A DNA stretch of 63,612 nt, counting the filler, from Octopus bimaculoides (Eukaryota), in the NCBI RefSeq assembly GCF_001194135.2. It is 7 parts of 7 records of this genome, joined end to end, with 100 filler letters (N's around TTAATTAATTAA, not from the genome) between each part and the next. Parts side by side here need not be neighbours in the genome. Positions count along the whole stretch, not along the records: positions 1 to 5,858 come from NC_068995.1; positions 5,959 to 10,924 come from NC_068988.1; positions 11,025 to 38,120 come from NC_068992.1; 4 more parts are not named here. The stretch is one strand, 5' to 3'. The notes beneath the pieces are model-generated. The model made no database searches, was not told the origin of the DNA, and was given only the letters and a program-made list of their open reading frames with translations. Of the stretch, positions 1-11,145 are shown in pieces. How positions within the stretch are numbered: the stretch's first letter is position 1; every line of letters starts with the position of its first letter. Both the position numbers and the translations under genes were made by a program.

Positions 1-59
<59 letters not shown>

Positions 60-148
60 ACATACATACATACATACATACATGTGTGTGTGGTTACAAA
101 TGTGTGTATGTATACATATTCTCCGTGTTTTTCTCCTTGTCTCCGTAT

Positions 149-185
149 TCTTTCTGTTGAAGAGCGTAGCTCGAAACGTCAAAGA
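149..185 (+). ncRNA. Minimal type I hammerhead-like motif, variant core (family H1), in a Penelope-like short repeat (~120-260)
   Basis: TCTTT-CTGTTGA-A-GAGC/GTA/GCTC-GAAA-CGT-C-AAAGA: 5-bp stem I, 4-bp stem II, palindromic ACGT stem III, GUC site; core has U at position 6. Homologous copies at 18383 and 60649. Confidence 0.6.
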
Positions 186-708
186 CTTTCCGTATTCCCG
201 AGCGTCATACTAATACATCCTTTTGTTATTTACACCACCTGTCCTCGTCTGTTGTTGTTTTTTCGTATATTCTCCCATATATATATGTATATATATGCAT
301 GTATATATAGGTGTGTGTATCTATATAATATAATATATGTATATATTATGTAATATATATAAATATATACACGTGACTGTGTCTGTAATCACCTCTCAAT
401 GTTTTCGTACTTTTAGCAGGAGTGGACATCCATGAGTAATATTCCTATGTTCAAATAAATTTCTCAAAAATCTGTGTTGTACACTCTACATCCCACACTC
501 GCAGGCATAGGAGACAGCGCGGGAAACTTCTACGGTACGTGGTTGTCAGACTTGCTAGAAATTGCTAGAAATTGCAGCTAAATATCTTTCGAATTCCATA
601 AGCAATAAAGAAAATCTTTTTAAAAATGGAAATCCAATGGATAAAGTCGTAATAGCTCCCAGTTTGCGACCCTTCCAGCAAATAAAAGCAAGCTTATCAA
701 CATCTAAT

Positions 709-750
709 CAACATCATCATCATCTTCATCATCATCATCATCACCATCGC

Positions 751-797
<47 letters not shown>
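709..797 (+). repeat. Compound (CAT)n-(AAT)n microsatellite
   Basis: Direct inspection; explains poly-H/poly-N in ORF 562..861. Confidence 0.95.
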
Positions 798-798
<1 letters not shown>

Positions 799-913
799 AA
801 CGCTGTGCTGCTTTTGTCTTTGTTTATATTTCACGGAATAACATGTCTGTCCTTTTTGTAACCGAACACTCAGCAATAAAACCTTTATGTTTTTCCTTGC
901 ATGCGGAACTTAC

Positions 914-947
914 ACAGAATGTTGTCAGTTCCCAAGTGTGTAATATT
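914..947 (-). CDS. Possible 34-nt micro-exon (NITHLGTDNIL or ILHTWELTTFC), unverified
   Basis: Minus strand ACTAAACTCCTCGCAG acceptor and GTAAGT donor; two open frames; no recognisable homology. Confidence 0.2.
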
Positions 948-1616
948 CTGCGAGGAGTTTAGTACAGGGTCTGTCTGGGACTTGCCCGAGATTATATGTG
1001 GAACATTTCATTGTCGGTGTACCGACGGCCCCCTGTCACAGTTAATGAAACACATTTCAATTTGATGCTCTCTTCCTCCTCCTCCTCCTCCTCCTCTTCC
1101 NNNNNNNNNNNNNNNNNNNNNNNNNNNNNNNNNNNNNNNNNNNNNNNNNNNNNNNNNNNNNNNNNNNNNNNNNNNNNNNNNNNNNNNNNNNNNNNNNNNN
1201 NNNNNNNNNNNNNNNNNNNNNNNNNNNNNNNNNNNNNNNNNNNNNNNNNNNNNNNNNNNNNNNNNNNNNNNNNNNNNNNNNNNNNNNNNNNNNNNNNNNN
1301 NNNNNNNNNNNNNNNNNNNNNNNNNNNNNNNNNNNNNNNNNNNNNNNNNNNNNNNNNNNNNNNNNNNNNNNNNNNNNNNNNNNNNNNNNNNNNNNNNNNN
1401 NNNNNNNNNNNNNNNNNNNNNNNNNNNNNNNNNNNNNNNNNNNNNNNNNNNNNNNNNNNNNNNNNNNNNNNNNNNNNNNNNNNNNNNNNNNNNNNNNNNN
1501 NNNNNNNNNNNNNNNNNNNNNNNNNNNNNNNNNNNNNNNNNNNNNNNNNNATATATATATATATATAGTATTTTGAGCTGATGAGTATACGTCAATTAAT
1601 GTACTGATGTATTGAG

Positions 1617-1889
1617 TAAAGCACTGATACAGTTTGGGCTACCTGACGTCATTTGCAGCTGGGGTATATTTTATTTGGATCTATTTCAGGAATTCTACAG
1701 TGTTAGTTGAGATGATCGATTAAGTAAAGAGAAGATGGAAATGGTATAACTCTTGATATTATACGACAATCGTTTCAATTCATCCTGCAACTCTCCTTTA
1801 TAGGTGGGATGCTGTGCATCATTGTATGTTGCATCAATCTTGTAGTCTGGGTTATCTATAAAGGACAGTTGCAGGATGGGTCGAAACGA
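1617..1889. mobile_element. Diverged Penelope-like/hammerhead-associated repeat (family H4) with internal inverted duplication
   Basis: 1617-1850 aligns by eye with 39290-39525; arms 1770-1803 and 1856-1889 are 30/34 complementary, each carrying the 3' half (..GGATGGGTC-GAAACGA) of a hammerhead. Confidence 0.6.
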
Positions 1890-2379
1890 CTGTGAATTGA
1901 TTATATGTATGTGTGTGTACGTATGCATATACTTTTTAATATTATATAATCCGAAGACATTCAAGATTTTGCTTCCAATATGTCAGAATAATAACAAAAG
2001 CAGACGATAAAAAACAAGAAAAATATCTGTAACTATTAAAAAACACAATTAGAACGAATTACATAAACAGAAACAAACAAAGGCAAATAGAAGGCCTTCT
2101 CAAATCTGTTTAAACGTACATTTATTATATTAGTACTAATCCTGTTATGTAGATATAATGGTAGATTTGGTCTGTTTTTGTCTAGTTAAATATGTAAGGC
2201 CGTTTTCTAGCAAGTTCTCAACTTACATGAACGCTTTGTATATCATTAAGAAATGCAAGAAAAAACAAAAAAAACAAACAAAAAAAACAAAAGGTAGACT
2301 TTTGATCCTGTAAAAGACCTTTCAGAGAGAAGGGTATTCGGGTTATTTCTATTAACTCGTAATTACTATAATAATTAAT

Positions 2380-2414
<35 letters not shown>

Positions 2415-2606
2415 TATTATTATTATAGTTGTTGTTGTTCTTGGTATTGTATTCTTATGATAGCAGTGGCGGCAGTGGGAGTGATGTGGTGCTGCTATTG
2501 TTGCTGTTGTTGTTGTTGTTGTTGTTGTGTTTTCTGTCTTCTATTGTTGTGTTAGCAATGTATTTCCTGTTGTGTAGTGTTTAGCTGATTTTTTTAAGAT
2601 GCATTC

Positions 2607-2662
<56 letters not shown>

Positions 2663-2834
2663 CATCATCTATTTCTTTTTAGACGAGGTTAAACCTTTTT
2701 CTCAGTCTGCCGTAGGATATTTCAAAGCCTTTTAGATCAACTGTAGCTGATAATTATAGGGTTTCATCACCTAAGTCTATTTTATTCCCATAATATTGCA
2801 CCTAGTTTCGTCAGAGCCACATTACCTACTATTG

Positions 2835-2871
2835 CGACTACTACAACAACAAGAACGACAACAACAACAAA

Positions 2872-2912
<41 letters not shown>

Positions 2913-2940
2913 GCTTCTGCTGCTTCTGCTGCTTCTGCTG

Positions 2941-3002
<62 letters not shown>
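2835..3002 (+). repeat. Compound trinucleotide repeat (CTA/CAA/CTG variants)
   Basis: Direct inspection; source of poly-Q/poly-T ORF 2796..3068. Confidence 0.9.
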
Positions 3003-3308
3003 GGTGTTGCTGTTGCCGTTTCTGCTACAATTGTTGCTCTTGTATATGATAATGATGATGTTAATTAATATGAGGACGGCAACGAAGAGATAGAAAATAA
3101 AGACGTTGATGATAACGATGATGATGATAAATATGATGATGATGATGATAAATATGATGATGATGATGATAGTGGCGGCGGTGGCGACAACGATGATTTG
3201 GTCCTTTGTAACCAGGGAAACAGAAAAAAAAAGACCCCAGAAAACAGTAATGATTGTTTAGGATGACAAATGTTTCAGAATGTATTTATGCACTCACACA
3301 CACAGGCA

Positions 3309-3592
<284 letters not shown>

Positions 3593-3949
3593 TACAGTGG
3601 TGAGTGTTTATAAATAAGTACACTGACTATATAAAGCAGACTATGTATGTTTATTGAGGAACAGAAACTTCTTAAAGCGTAAATCTATGACGATACATTT
3701 GGAAATGTTTTCGAAACTATATCAAAATATGTTTGGTCATTTACACATCGAGATTTGATTAGCTGACTATATTCTTTAAAAACTTATACATTCAGCTGTT
3801 CATCTTTCTGCGGGAAACCGGCGATTTTCATTCAGCTGACAAAACACGTGATGGTCTCATGTTTTCAGTGTACAGGACATTCATTATGGCAATGGATCAG
3901 CCGTTTGTACATGCAAAGTATTAGCAGATGCTCAGGCAAGGAAAGAAGG

Positions 3950-3990
3950 GTGGATTTACGTTTCGTACAAAGCTCTTCTTCAGAAACAGG
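3950..3990 (-). ncRNA. Minimal type I hammerhead motif with canonical core (family H5, sister of H1)
   Basis: Minus strand TTT-CTGAAGA-A-GAGC/TTT/GTAC-GAAA-CGT-A-AAT; one stem II mismatch, weak stem I; downstream sequence resembles H1 (CTGAGCATCTGCTAATAC vs CCGAGCGTCATACTAATAC). Confidence 0.55.
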
Positions 3991-5512
3991 AGGCAGAGGA
4001 AAGTCTAAGAGAAAAGGAAGACGGAGGAAGAAAATCGCCAACGATCCACTTGTGGTTACGTTTTGCAATATATATATATATATATATATANNNNNNNNNN
4101 NNNNNNNNNNNNNNNNNNNNNNNNNNNNNNNNNNNNNNNNNNNNNNNNNNNNNNNNNNNNNNNNNNNNNNNNNNNNNNNNNNNNNNNNNNNNNNNNNNNN
4201 NNNNNNNNNNNNNNNNNNNNNNNNNNNNNNNNNNNNNNNNNNNNNNNNNNNNNNNNNNNNNNNNNNNNNNNNNNNNNNNNNNNNNNNNNNNNNNNNNNNN
4301 NNNNNNNNNNNNNNNNNNNNNNNNNNNNNNNNNNNNNNNNNNNNNNNNNNNNNNNNNNNNNNNNNNNNNNNNNNNNNNNNNNNNNNNNNNNNNNNNNNNN
4401 NNNNNNNNNNNNNNNNNNNNNNNNNNNNNNNNNNNNNNNNNNNNNNNNNNNNNNNNNNNNNNNNNNNNNNNNNNNNNNNNNNNNNNNNNNNNNNNNNNNN
4501 NNNNNNNNNNNNNNNNNNNNNNNNNNNNNNNNNNNNNNNNNNNNNNNNNNNNNNNNNNNNNNNNNNNNNNNNNNNNNNNNNNNNNNNNNNNNNNNNNNNN
4601 NNNNNNNNNNNNNNNNNNNNNNNNNNNNNNNNNNNNNNNNNNNNNNNNNNNNNNNNNNNNNNNNNNNNNNNNNNNNNNNNNNNNNNNNNNNNNNNNNNNN
4701 NNNNNNNNNNNNNNNNNNNNNNNNNNNNNNNNNNNNNNNNNNNNNNNNNNNNNNNNNNNNNNNNNNNNNNTATATATATATATGTATGTATGTATGTATA
4801 TTCACGCTTGTGGTGGGTGTAGCATATTTGTACATTAATATTACGAGTATTAATGTTAGTACTACATATAAATGAATACTCATATGTATACATACATGTA
4901 TGAATATGTAAACAAAGTTCAACGTCTGTATACACACCCATGTAGTAACGTTTAATATATCTAATCTAGATACGATTTTCATCCATGCGTCGCCCAATTT
5001 CGGTTCATTTACAGATGCCGTATGTGTCTGTGAGTGTAGGAGCAATTATTTTATTTTATGTATCTGTGATTCTGCTTGCGTGTCGGTGTTTTTGTGTGTG
5101 TGTATGTGTGTGTGTGTGGCCCTCTGTGGATTTGTGTCTGTGCGTGCGTGTGTTACCTCTGTATGACCTAAATATACAAATATACCTTTTTTTTTTTAAA
5201 TCTAGAATATTTCTTATAGATATACATTCAAGAGAATCGGATAAGGGTATTTGACTGGCATTTAATTTCATTCAACCACCGGAATGGTGACGAGCAGTTT
5301 CAATCTCGTGTGGGATTGAACTTGTTTTTTAAGGTACGAAATTCAACACCACATTGTCTTTGTATCACACACTCTACCCATGCAGCCATTCGTTGCCATT
5401 CACTGTCATTCCCTGTCCTTTCTATGGTTGTGTATATTATGCATGCATACATCCAAATACTGACATTCTGCAAAAGGCAAGGGAAACGCATAAGCTTTTC
5501 TACTCTTCGCAC

Positions 5513-5858
5513 AAGCCCGAAATTTTGGGGGAGGGGGACCAGTCGATTAAACCGACCCCAGTATGCAACTGGTACTTAATTTATCGACCCCAAAAGGATG
5601 AAGGGCAAAGTCGACCTCAGCGGAATTTGAACTCAGAACGTGAAGACAGACGAAATACCGCTAAGCGTTTCGTCCGGCGTGCTAACGTTTCTTATTTCTT
5701 TATTGCCCACAGGGGGCTAAACATAGAGGGGACAAACAAGGACAGACAAAGTGACTAAGTCGATTACATCGACCCCAGTGCGTAACTGGTACTTAATTTA
5801 TCGACCCCGAAAGGATGAAAGACAAAGTCGACCTCGGTGGAAATTGAACTCAGAACGT
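5513..5858 (-). mobile_element. Two adjacent SINE family B copies (5513-5692 and 5693-5858), second runs into a gap
   Basis: Both contain the family B core, rc of GTCGACTTTGCCTTTCATCCTTTCGGGGTCGATAAATTAAGTACCAG, and the B-box-like GAGTTCAAATTC. Confidence 0.9.
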
Positions 5859-5902
5859 NNNNNNNNNNNNNNNNNNNNNNNNNNNNNNNNNNNNNNNNNN
5901 NN

Positions 5903-5914
5903 TTAATTAATTAA
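5903..5914. other. Artificial assembly spacer: 44 N + TTAATTAATTAA + 44 N (also at 10969, 38165, 44434, 46738, 50349)
   Basis: Six identical 100-bp constructs; the 12-mer is palindromic and has stop codons in all six frames. Confidence 0.95.
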
Positions 5915-5958
5915 NNNNNNNNNNNNNNNNNNNNNNNNNNNNNNNNNNNNNNNNNNNN

Positions 5959-5993
<35 letters not shown>

Positions 5994-5996
<3 letters not shown>

Positions 5997-6110
5997 CGTA
6001 TGGGCTAGTGGTTAGGTTGTTGCATTCTCGATCACAATATCGTGAGTTCGATTCCCGAGCGGCGCGTTGTGTTCTTGAGCAAAACATTTCATTTCACGAT
6101 GCTCTGCGAT
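5994..6110 (+). mobile_element. Degenerate tRNA-derived SINE head (family F) with CORE-like segment
   Basis: A-box-like GGCTAGTGG, B-box GAGTTCGATTCC, then TGTGTTCTTGAGCAAAACA; head resembles 53281. Confidence 0.65.
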
Positions 6111-6171
6111 CATTTCTACATGTGACATGTGGCACACTTGTACAGATAGATTATGGCTGGTAGATAAGAGT

Positions 6172-6400
6172 TTACTCAAAGTAGCCACTCTCAGTTTCCA
6201 TCATGGCCTCAACACAGCTACAAAACCTGGAGCCTACGTTCCTCACTGTGTCTCTCGGAAGATCCTCGAACACCTCCTTGATTTTGGCCCCCAGCCCGGC
6301 CTTGGTGTTGCAGGCAGAGCAGTTGTTGTCTTTCTCAACCGCGTCATACAAGTAGTAATCCATGGGATTACAGTCGGTAGAATTAAGAGGCCAGCAGATT
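6172..6400 (-). mobile_element. Tc1/mariner transposase C-terminal fragment
   Basis: Translates WPLNSTDCNPMDYYLYDAVEK...EAMMETESGYFE*, matching the WPPNSPD(L/C)NP motif and typical C-terminus. Confidence 0.85.
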
Positions 6401-6954
6401 TCCTCATCAGTCAGAGTTCGGAGACTCCACGCGATTTCGCACTTTTTTTATCCCTGAGACCGCTCGAATCCAGCAAGTGCCAGAGCGCTAAGCTAAAAGC
6501 ATTAATCCTCTGGGAAAAGCAAACGAATGTATACAAGAATGAAAACAAGAACACGAAAGCTAGAATGATACACATACAACAGATGAACGCCTTTTGGTTA
6601 TACAACAAGACGAAAATAATTGTACATTTACAAATAAATAAATAACAGAATGGGTCTTTCTTCTACTAGACGAACGTAACGTGATGGATACAAGTGCGAC
6701 AGAAAAAGAATTATACATATAGAATGGACAACCGCCTTTTGGCTTTAGAACAAAATGAAAATAATTGTACAATTACAACATAGATAAATAACAAAAAGAC
6801 TATTTCAATTATCAGACGAACTTGGTAGGCTGGAGCAAAGGAGAAATGGAAAGTCTTAACAAACCGAGCGGGAGGACAGACGAACATGACCGTCTTAGAT
6901 GACGGCTGGTCGAAAAAGAACGACAATGCCTTGGCTGTATAGCGATCACGTAGT

Positions 6955-7337
6955 GGATGGCACTCCGTCGGTTACAACGACGAGGGTTCCAGTTGATACA
7001 ATCAACGGAACAGCCTGCTCGTGAAATTAACGTGCAAGTGGATGAGCACTCCACAGACACGTGTACCCTTAACGTAGTTCTCGGGGAGATTCAGCGTGAC
7101 ACAGAGTGTAACAAGGTTGACCGTTTGAAATACAGGTACAACAGAAACAGGAAGAAAGAGTGAGAGAGAGTTGTGGTGAAAGAGTACAGCAGAGTTCGCC
7201 ACCATCCCCTGCCGGAGTGTCGTGGAACTTTAGGTGTTTTTGCTCAATAAGCACTCACAACGCCCGGTTGGGAATCGAAACCGCGATCCTACGACGGTGA
7301 ATCCGCTGTCCTAACCACTGGGCCATTGCGCCTCCAC
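6955..7337 (-). mobile_element. Full-length tRNA-derived SINE family A (tRNA-Arg-like head; probably related to octopus OR-type SINEs)
   Basis: Head GTGGAGGCGCAATGGCCCAGTGG..GTTTCGATTCCC; 14-bp TSD AGCGATCAC(G/A)TAGT at 6941-6954 and 7338-7351. Confidence 0.92.
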
Positions 7338-7356
7338 AGCGATCACATAGTAGGAA

Positions 7357-7416
<60 letters not shown>

Positions 7417-7573
7417 TGTTTTATCAGTGGCGTATAGTACTTATTGTCAAAGGATGTGCACTGAGCTACCGCGCTGACCTATTACTCCAAAATATACACG
7501 ACCATCCTTTGTTTCTTAGTGTATAGTATTATCAGATTTGAAAGCAACAGCAACAGTAACAATCGTGATAATG

Positions 7574-8707
7574 ATTTTATTTTATTTTTATTGGCCACAA
7601 AGGCCGAGGAAAACATTTTAGACAAAGCACATATATAGAAAATGTGTAAACAATCTAAAAAATAAACAATAACAATTAAATTCCTTAATAGTGGGGAAAC
7701 AGCACCCAGTGGAAACTAAAGAACCCTACAGATCCCTAGCCATCCAACTCCCTAGCCTTTAGGCACCAGCTTAAAGTAAGCCCACTCACTGGAACCCTCC
7801 ACCTCACGTACGTCTATCTTTCAACAAATTTACTGGAGGTGGGAACTACACATTTCTTTCCACCCTCACCTTTCTTTTCAAATGGGATTTTAAAAAGTCG
7901 ATGAAGGCTTGGCCCAACAGGAAATTATCTGTCTTCAGTCGTTTCGGTCTTATCCAACACACCTCTTTTGCTATAGCTACCAGACAGAAGAAAAAAACTG
8001 CCTGCCCTTCCCAGGAGTCAGCCGATAGCCGGATCCGTCCTATATCGAGATAACAGCTGTTCGACATAGCCCCACAAGTCAACCATACGAGATAACAGCT
8101 GTTCGACATAGCCCCACAAGTCAACCATACGAACGTGGACAGGAAGGTTTTGTCGCGCTACGCACATTGGACTTCCCACTTCAATGGGGAAATTCTGCCT
8201 CGATATTCTATTACTCTAATCCAGCATCATTATATTCGAATTTTGTGGCGCTGTGTAAGTGCTCGACATGAAGACCTCTCCTCTGCTTCAATGTTTTCCT
8301 TTTTTGAGATAAAGGACATGAGTTATTTTATTTGTGTTTCTTTTCAGCACAAAGTTTGCTCAGGACGTTTTGTTGTGTATCAGTCTACTGTATGTATTTT
8401 CTTTTGATGAGATGGGTGTTGTTGTTGGTCGTGGTGGTGGCGGTGGAGCTGTAGTAGATTTGTCTGTTTGGTGGGTGTAGGTATGGTTTCGGTGATGCTG
8501 CCGCGACTGTGTGGCTCTTTCGGAGCGGATGATTTCTTTTAAATTCCCCAGTCCCACTTATTTTATTTGCTAGGTTGTCCCTCCATCCAAAGATGATATT
8601 TCCACGCTGAAAAGATCCGATGCTCCGGTCACCTGGACGTGCGTCGCTGCTTCAAGGCGTCGAGTTTTAGAACTCACACAGCGATACACTACCTTCTTTC
8701 CTGACTA
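7574..8707 (-). mobile_element. Internally deleted L1/Tx1-like LINE: 5' leader, ORF1-like start, ORF2 C-terminus, 3' UTR, (AAAAT)n tail
   Basis: Minus strand LWGYVEQLLS..IGRIRLSA..FFCLVAIAKEVCW..HLKRKVRVER resembles L1/Tx1 ORF2 C-terminus; tail at 7574-7592; 5' 85 bp shared with the element at 9300-9933. Confidence 0.6.
8046..8129. repeat. Perfect 42-bp tandem duplication
   Basis: CGAGATAACAGCTGTTCGACATAGCCCCACAAGTCAACCATA x2 (8046-8087, 8088-8129). Confidence 0.97.
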
Positions 8708-9299
8708 AAATAAGTTAATTAGAATAGCTGCCCACATTGTAGCATTTTACTTTTAACTACCCATTTTGGTTCACCACGTGATAGTTGGATAGTCTTACTT
8801 GGACTGCCCACACCTTTAACGTGATGTACTAGCCTAGCGTCTATTCATCAACTATAAAATAGGAACTTTTGGTTCATTAGGTACCTAGGGGGGAAAGTTT
8901 TGCTACGAGCGACCTGAAACTTTGATGTGAGAACATTTTGATTTCAATTTGCAGTTTTCAGCTTGAACGGAATTCAAACTAGAATCCTTGACGTTATGCT
9001 TCACGTCTTAACAACATTTGAATAGAATTGCAGTCAGAACTTTTGTGATGCTATATTTCAGGTTTTTCTAACTTCAGCTTTATGAGCATTTAAAACTATA
9101 CTATGTGGCGACAATTATTAATGTCCGACCAGTTTGCTGTATCTAATTTTAGCAATAGTAATAAATATTCCCCATGCGGTCAATTGCAACTTGGCTTTGA
9201 ATTTGTTTATTATTATCTATCCTGAATTCATGTAACAGAGGACAATGTATCAGACCTCAAAACCACAATTCATACAACCACGTACATACGTTATCGCTA

Positions 9300-9933
9300 A
9301 ACTACAGTTGTTGTTCTTGCAGCTGCTGCTCGTTGCGGAGGCTGCAGCATCGGCAGCAATGTGTATGGTGTGTGTATGGGGAAGCTTCTCCCTTCCCACT
9401 TTTTGTTGGAGACAGAAAGCTCTGAAGAGGCCATTCGCACCTCACAAGTGTCATCTTGGCTTTCTGCTCTCAACCACAACACGCAGATCCACTTCGTTGG
9501 GTAGGTAAATTAGGTCTGGGATCTTTTCCACTTCTTCCAGTTTGACCTGGAAAAGGATCTCTAATGTGCCCCCAAACCACAGCTTTCTGTTCATTTTACT
9601 TCATGGAGTGTATTGTTTCCATTTAAAGTGACGCAAGCTACCAACCAGATGTCCAACCCAGACAGAACTCTTTCTCTCTCTCTCATTCTTGATACGACAG
9701 GTCCTTCTCACTGAAAATGTTGGGCAGAGAGAAAGCTTCTAATGGCATATGGAAACCATGGAGTACTTCGTTCTTTAAGAGGGTCTGCATACCCTTGAAC
9801 TGCTTTGTCCTAGCGACATGCTCTCCGTTTGTCCATATTTATTTCAGGCCTCCGGTCACCTGGGCGTGCGTCGCTGCTTCAAGGTGTCGAGTTTTAGAAC
9901 TCACACAGCGATACACTACCTTCTTTCCTGACT
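9300..9933 (-). mobile_element. L1/Tx1-like 5' fragment: leader plus decayed ORF1 with CCHC knuckle
   Basis: Minus strand LEEVEKIPDLIYLPNEVDLRVVVESRKPR*HL*GANGLFRAFC: a CX2CX4HX4C-spaced knuckle with the first two Cys positions read as TGA and the His position as Leu. Confidence 0.65.
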
Positions 9934-10259
9934 AAAAAAAAAAAAAAGTTAATTAGAATAATTACCGTATAGATTAGTCAATAATTGCTTAATTGGTTTA
10001 GCAAATCTCTTGGTGCATGAACAGTGGCTGTATTGGTGTCGATGTGCTAGCGTCTCCGCTAAACTCCACTCTTTGCTTGGTTTCACACCAAGGAAGTGAA
10101 ATACAATCAGTGTGTGAGATGTATAAGTAATATGAAGACTTGCCAAAGTACAATAATATCAGTTTCAACGCAAAACATCACGTTAAGAATGCCGCAAATT
10201 ACGGAAACGAAATGTGTTATGCATACATACATACATACATACATAGAGCNNNNNNNNNN

Positions 10260-10298
<39 letters not shown>

Positions 10299-11108
10299 GA
10301 CAGACACAGACAGACAGACTGACTGACAGACTGACTGACAGACTGACTGACAGACTGACTGACTGACAAGGCATTCTGTCTGACTCTCTAACCAATTTAC
10401 ACATAGATAGATAGATAGATAGAGAGAGAGATAATGTACCTACCTATCTATCTACCGGTAGCGTATATCGATTGTTGATAAGGCACAAAACACCAAAATC
10501 ATGAGATGCAACAGTACCGTCATCGGTGTTGAACGTTTCTCGTCGGCTACCGATACCCCTGAGCTTTTATATGCTAGACACCTATACGAGAGAGATTCTC
10601 AGGTCGAATACTGCAGTATAACAGCGTGCTTCTATCATACATCCACATTCAGAAGGACATAAAGTTTACCACTCGGTAATAATATTACCTCCATCAGTAA
10701 TACCTTATATATATATGTATATATATATATATTTATATATTTGTTTGTTTTCTATGCTCTGTTTATGTTCTGTTTTTCATTTTGTCCACGTTTTTTTGTG
10801 ACGTCCTGTACCCAGATATGCATCTATATATACATGTAGATGTAGGTATGTACATACATGTACGTATATATGCATATACTCACATATTATTTGTATTATT
10901 ATTATTATATATATATATATATATNNNNNNNNNNNNNNNNNNNNNNNNNNNNNNNNNNNNNNNNNNNNTTAATTAATTAANNNNNNNNNNNNNNNNNNNN
11001 NNNNNNNNNNNNNNNNNNNNNNNNATATATATATATATATATATATATACATGCACGTACACACATGCACATACACACGAATATATGTTTGTGAGTATAT
11101 GCGCATAC

Positions 11109-11145
<37 letters not shown>

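Noticed and set aside
1578-1610. CTGATGA followed by a short hairpin
   Set aside because: No GAAA half or stem III follows.
5859-5958. TTAATTAATTAA recurring six times at exact 44-N spacing
   Set aside because: Synthetic 100-bp gap spacer with six-frame stops; not biology.
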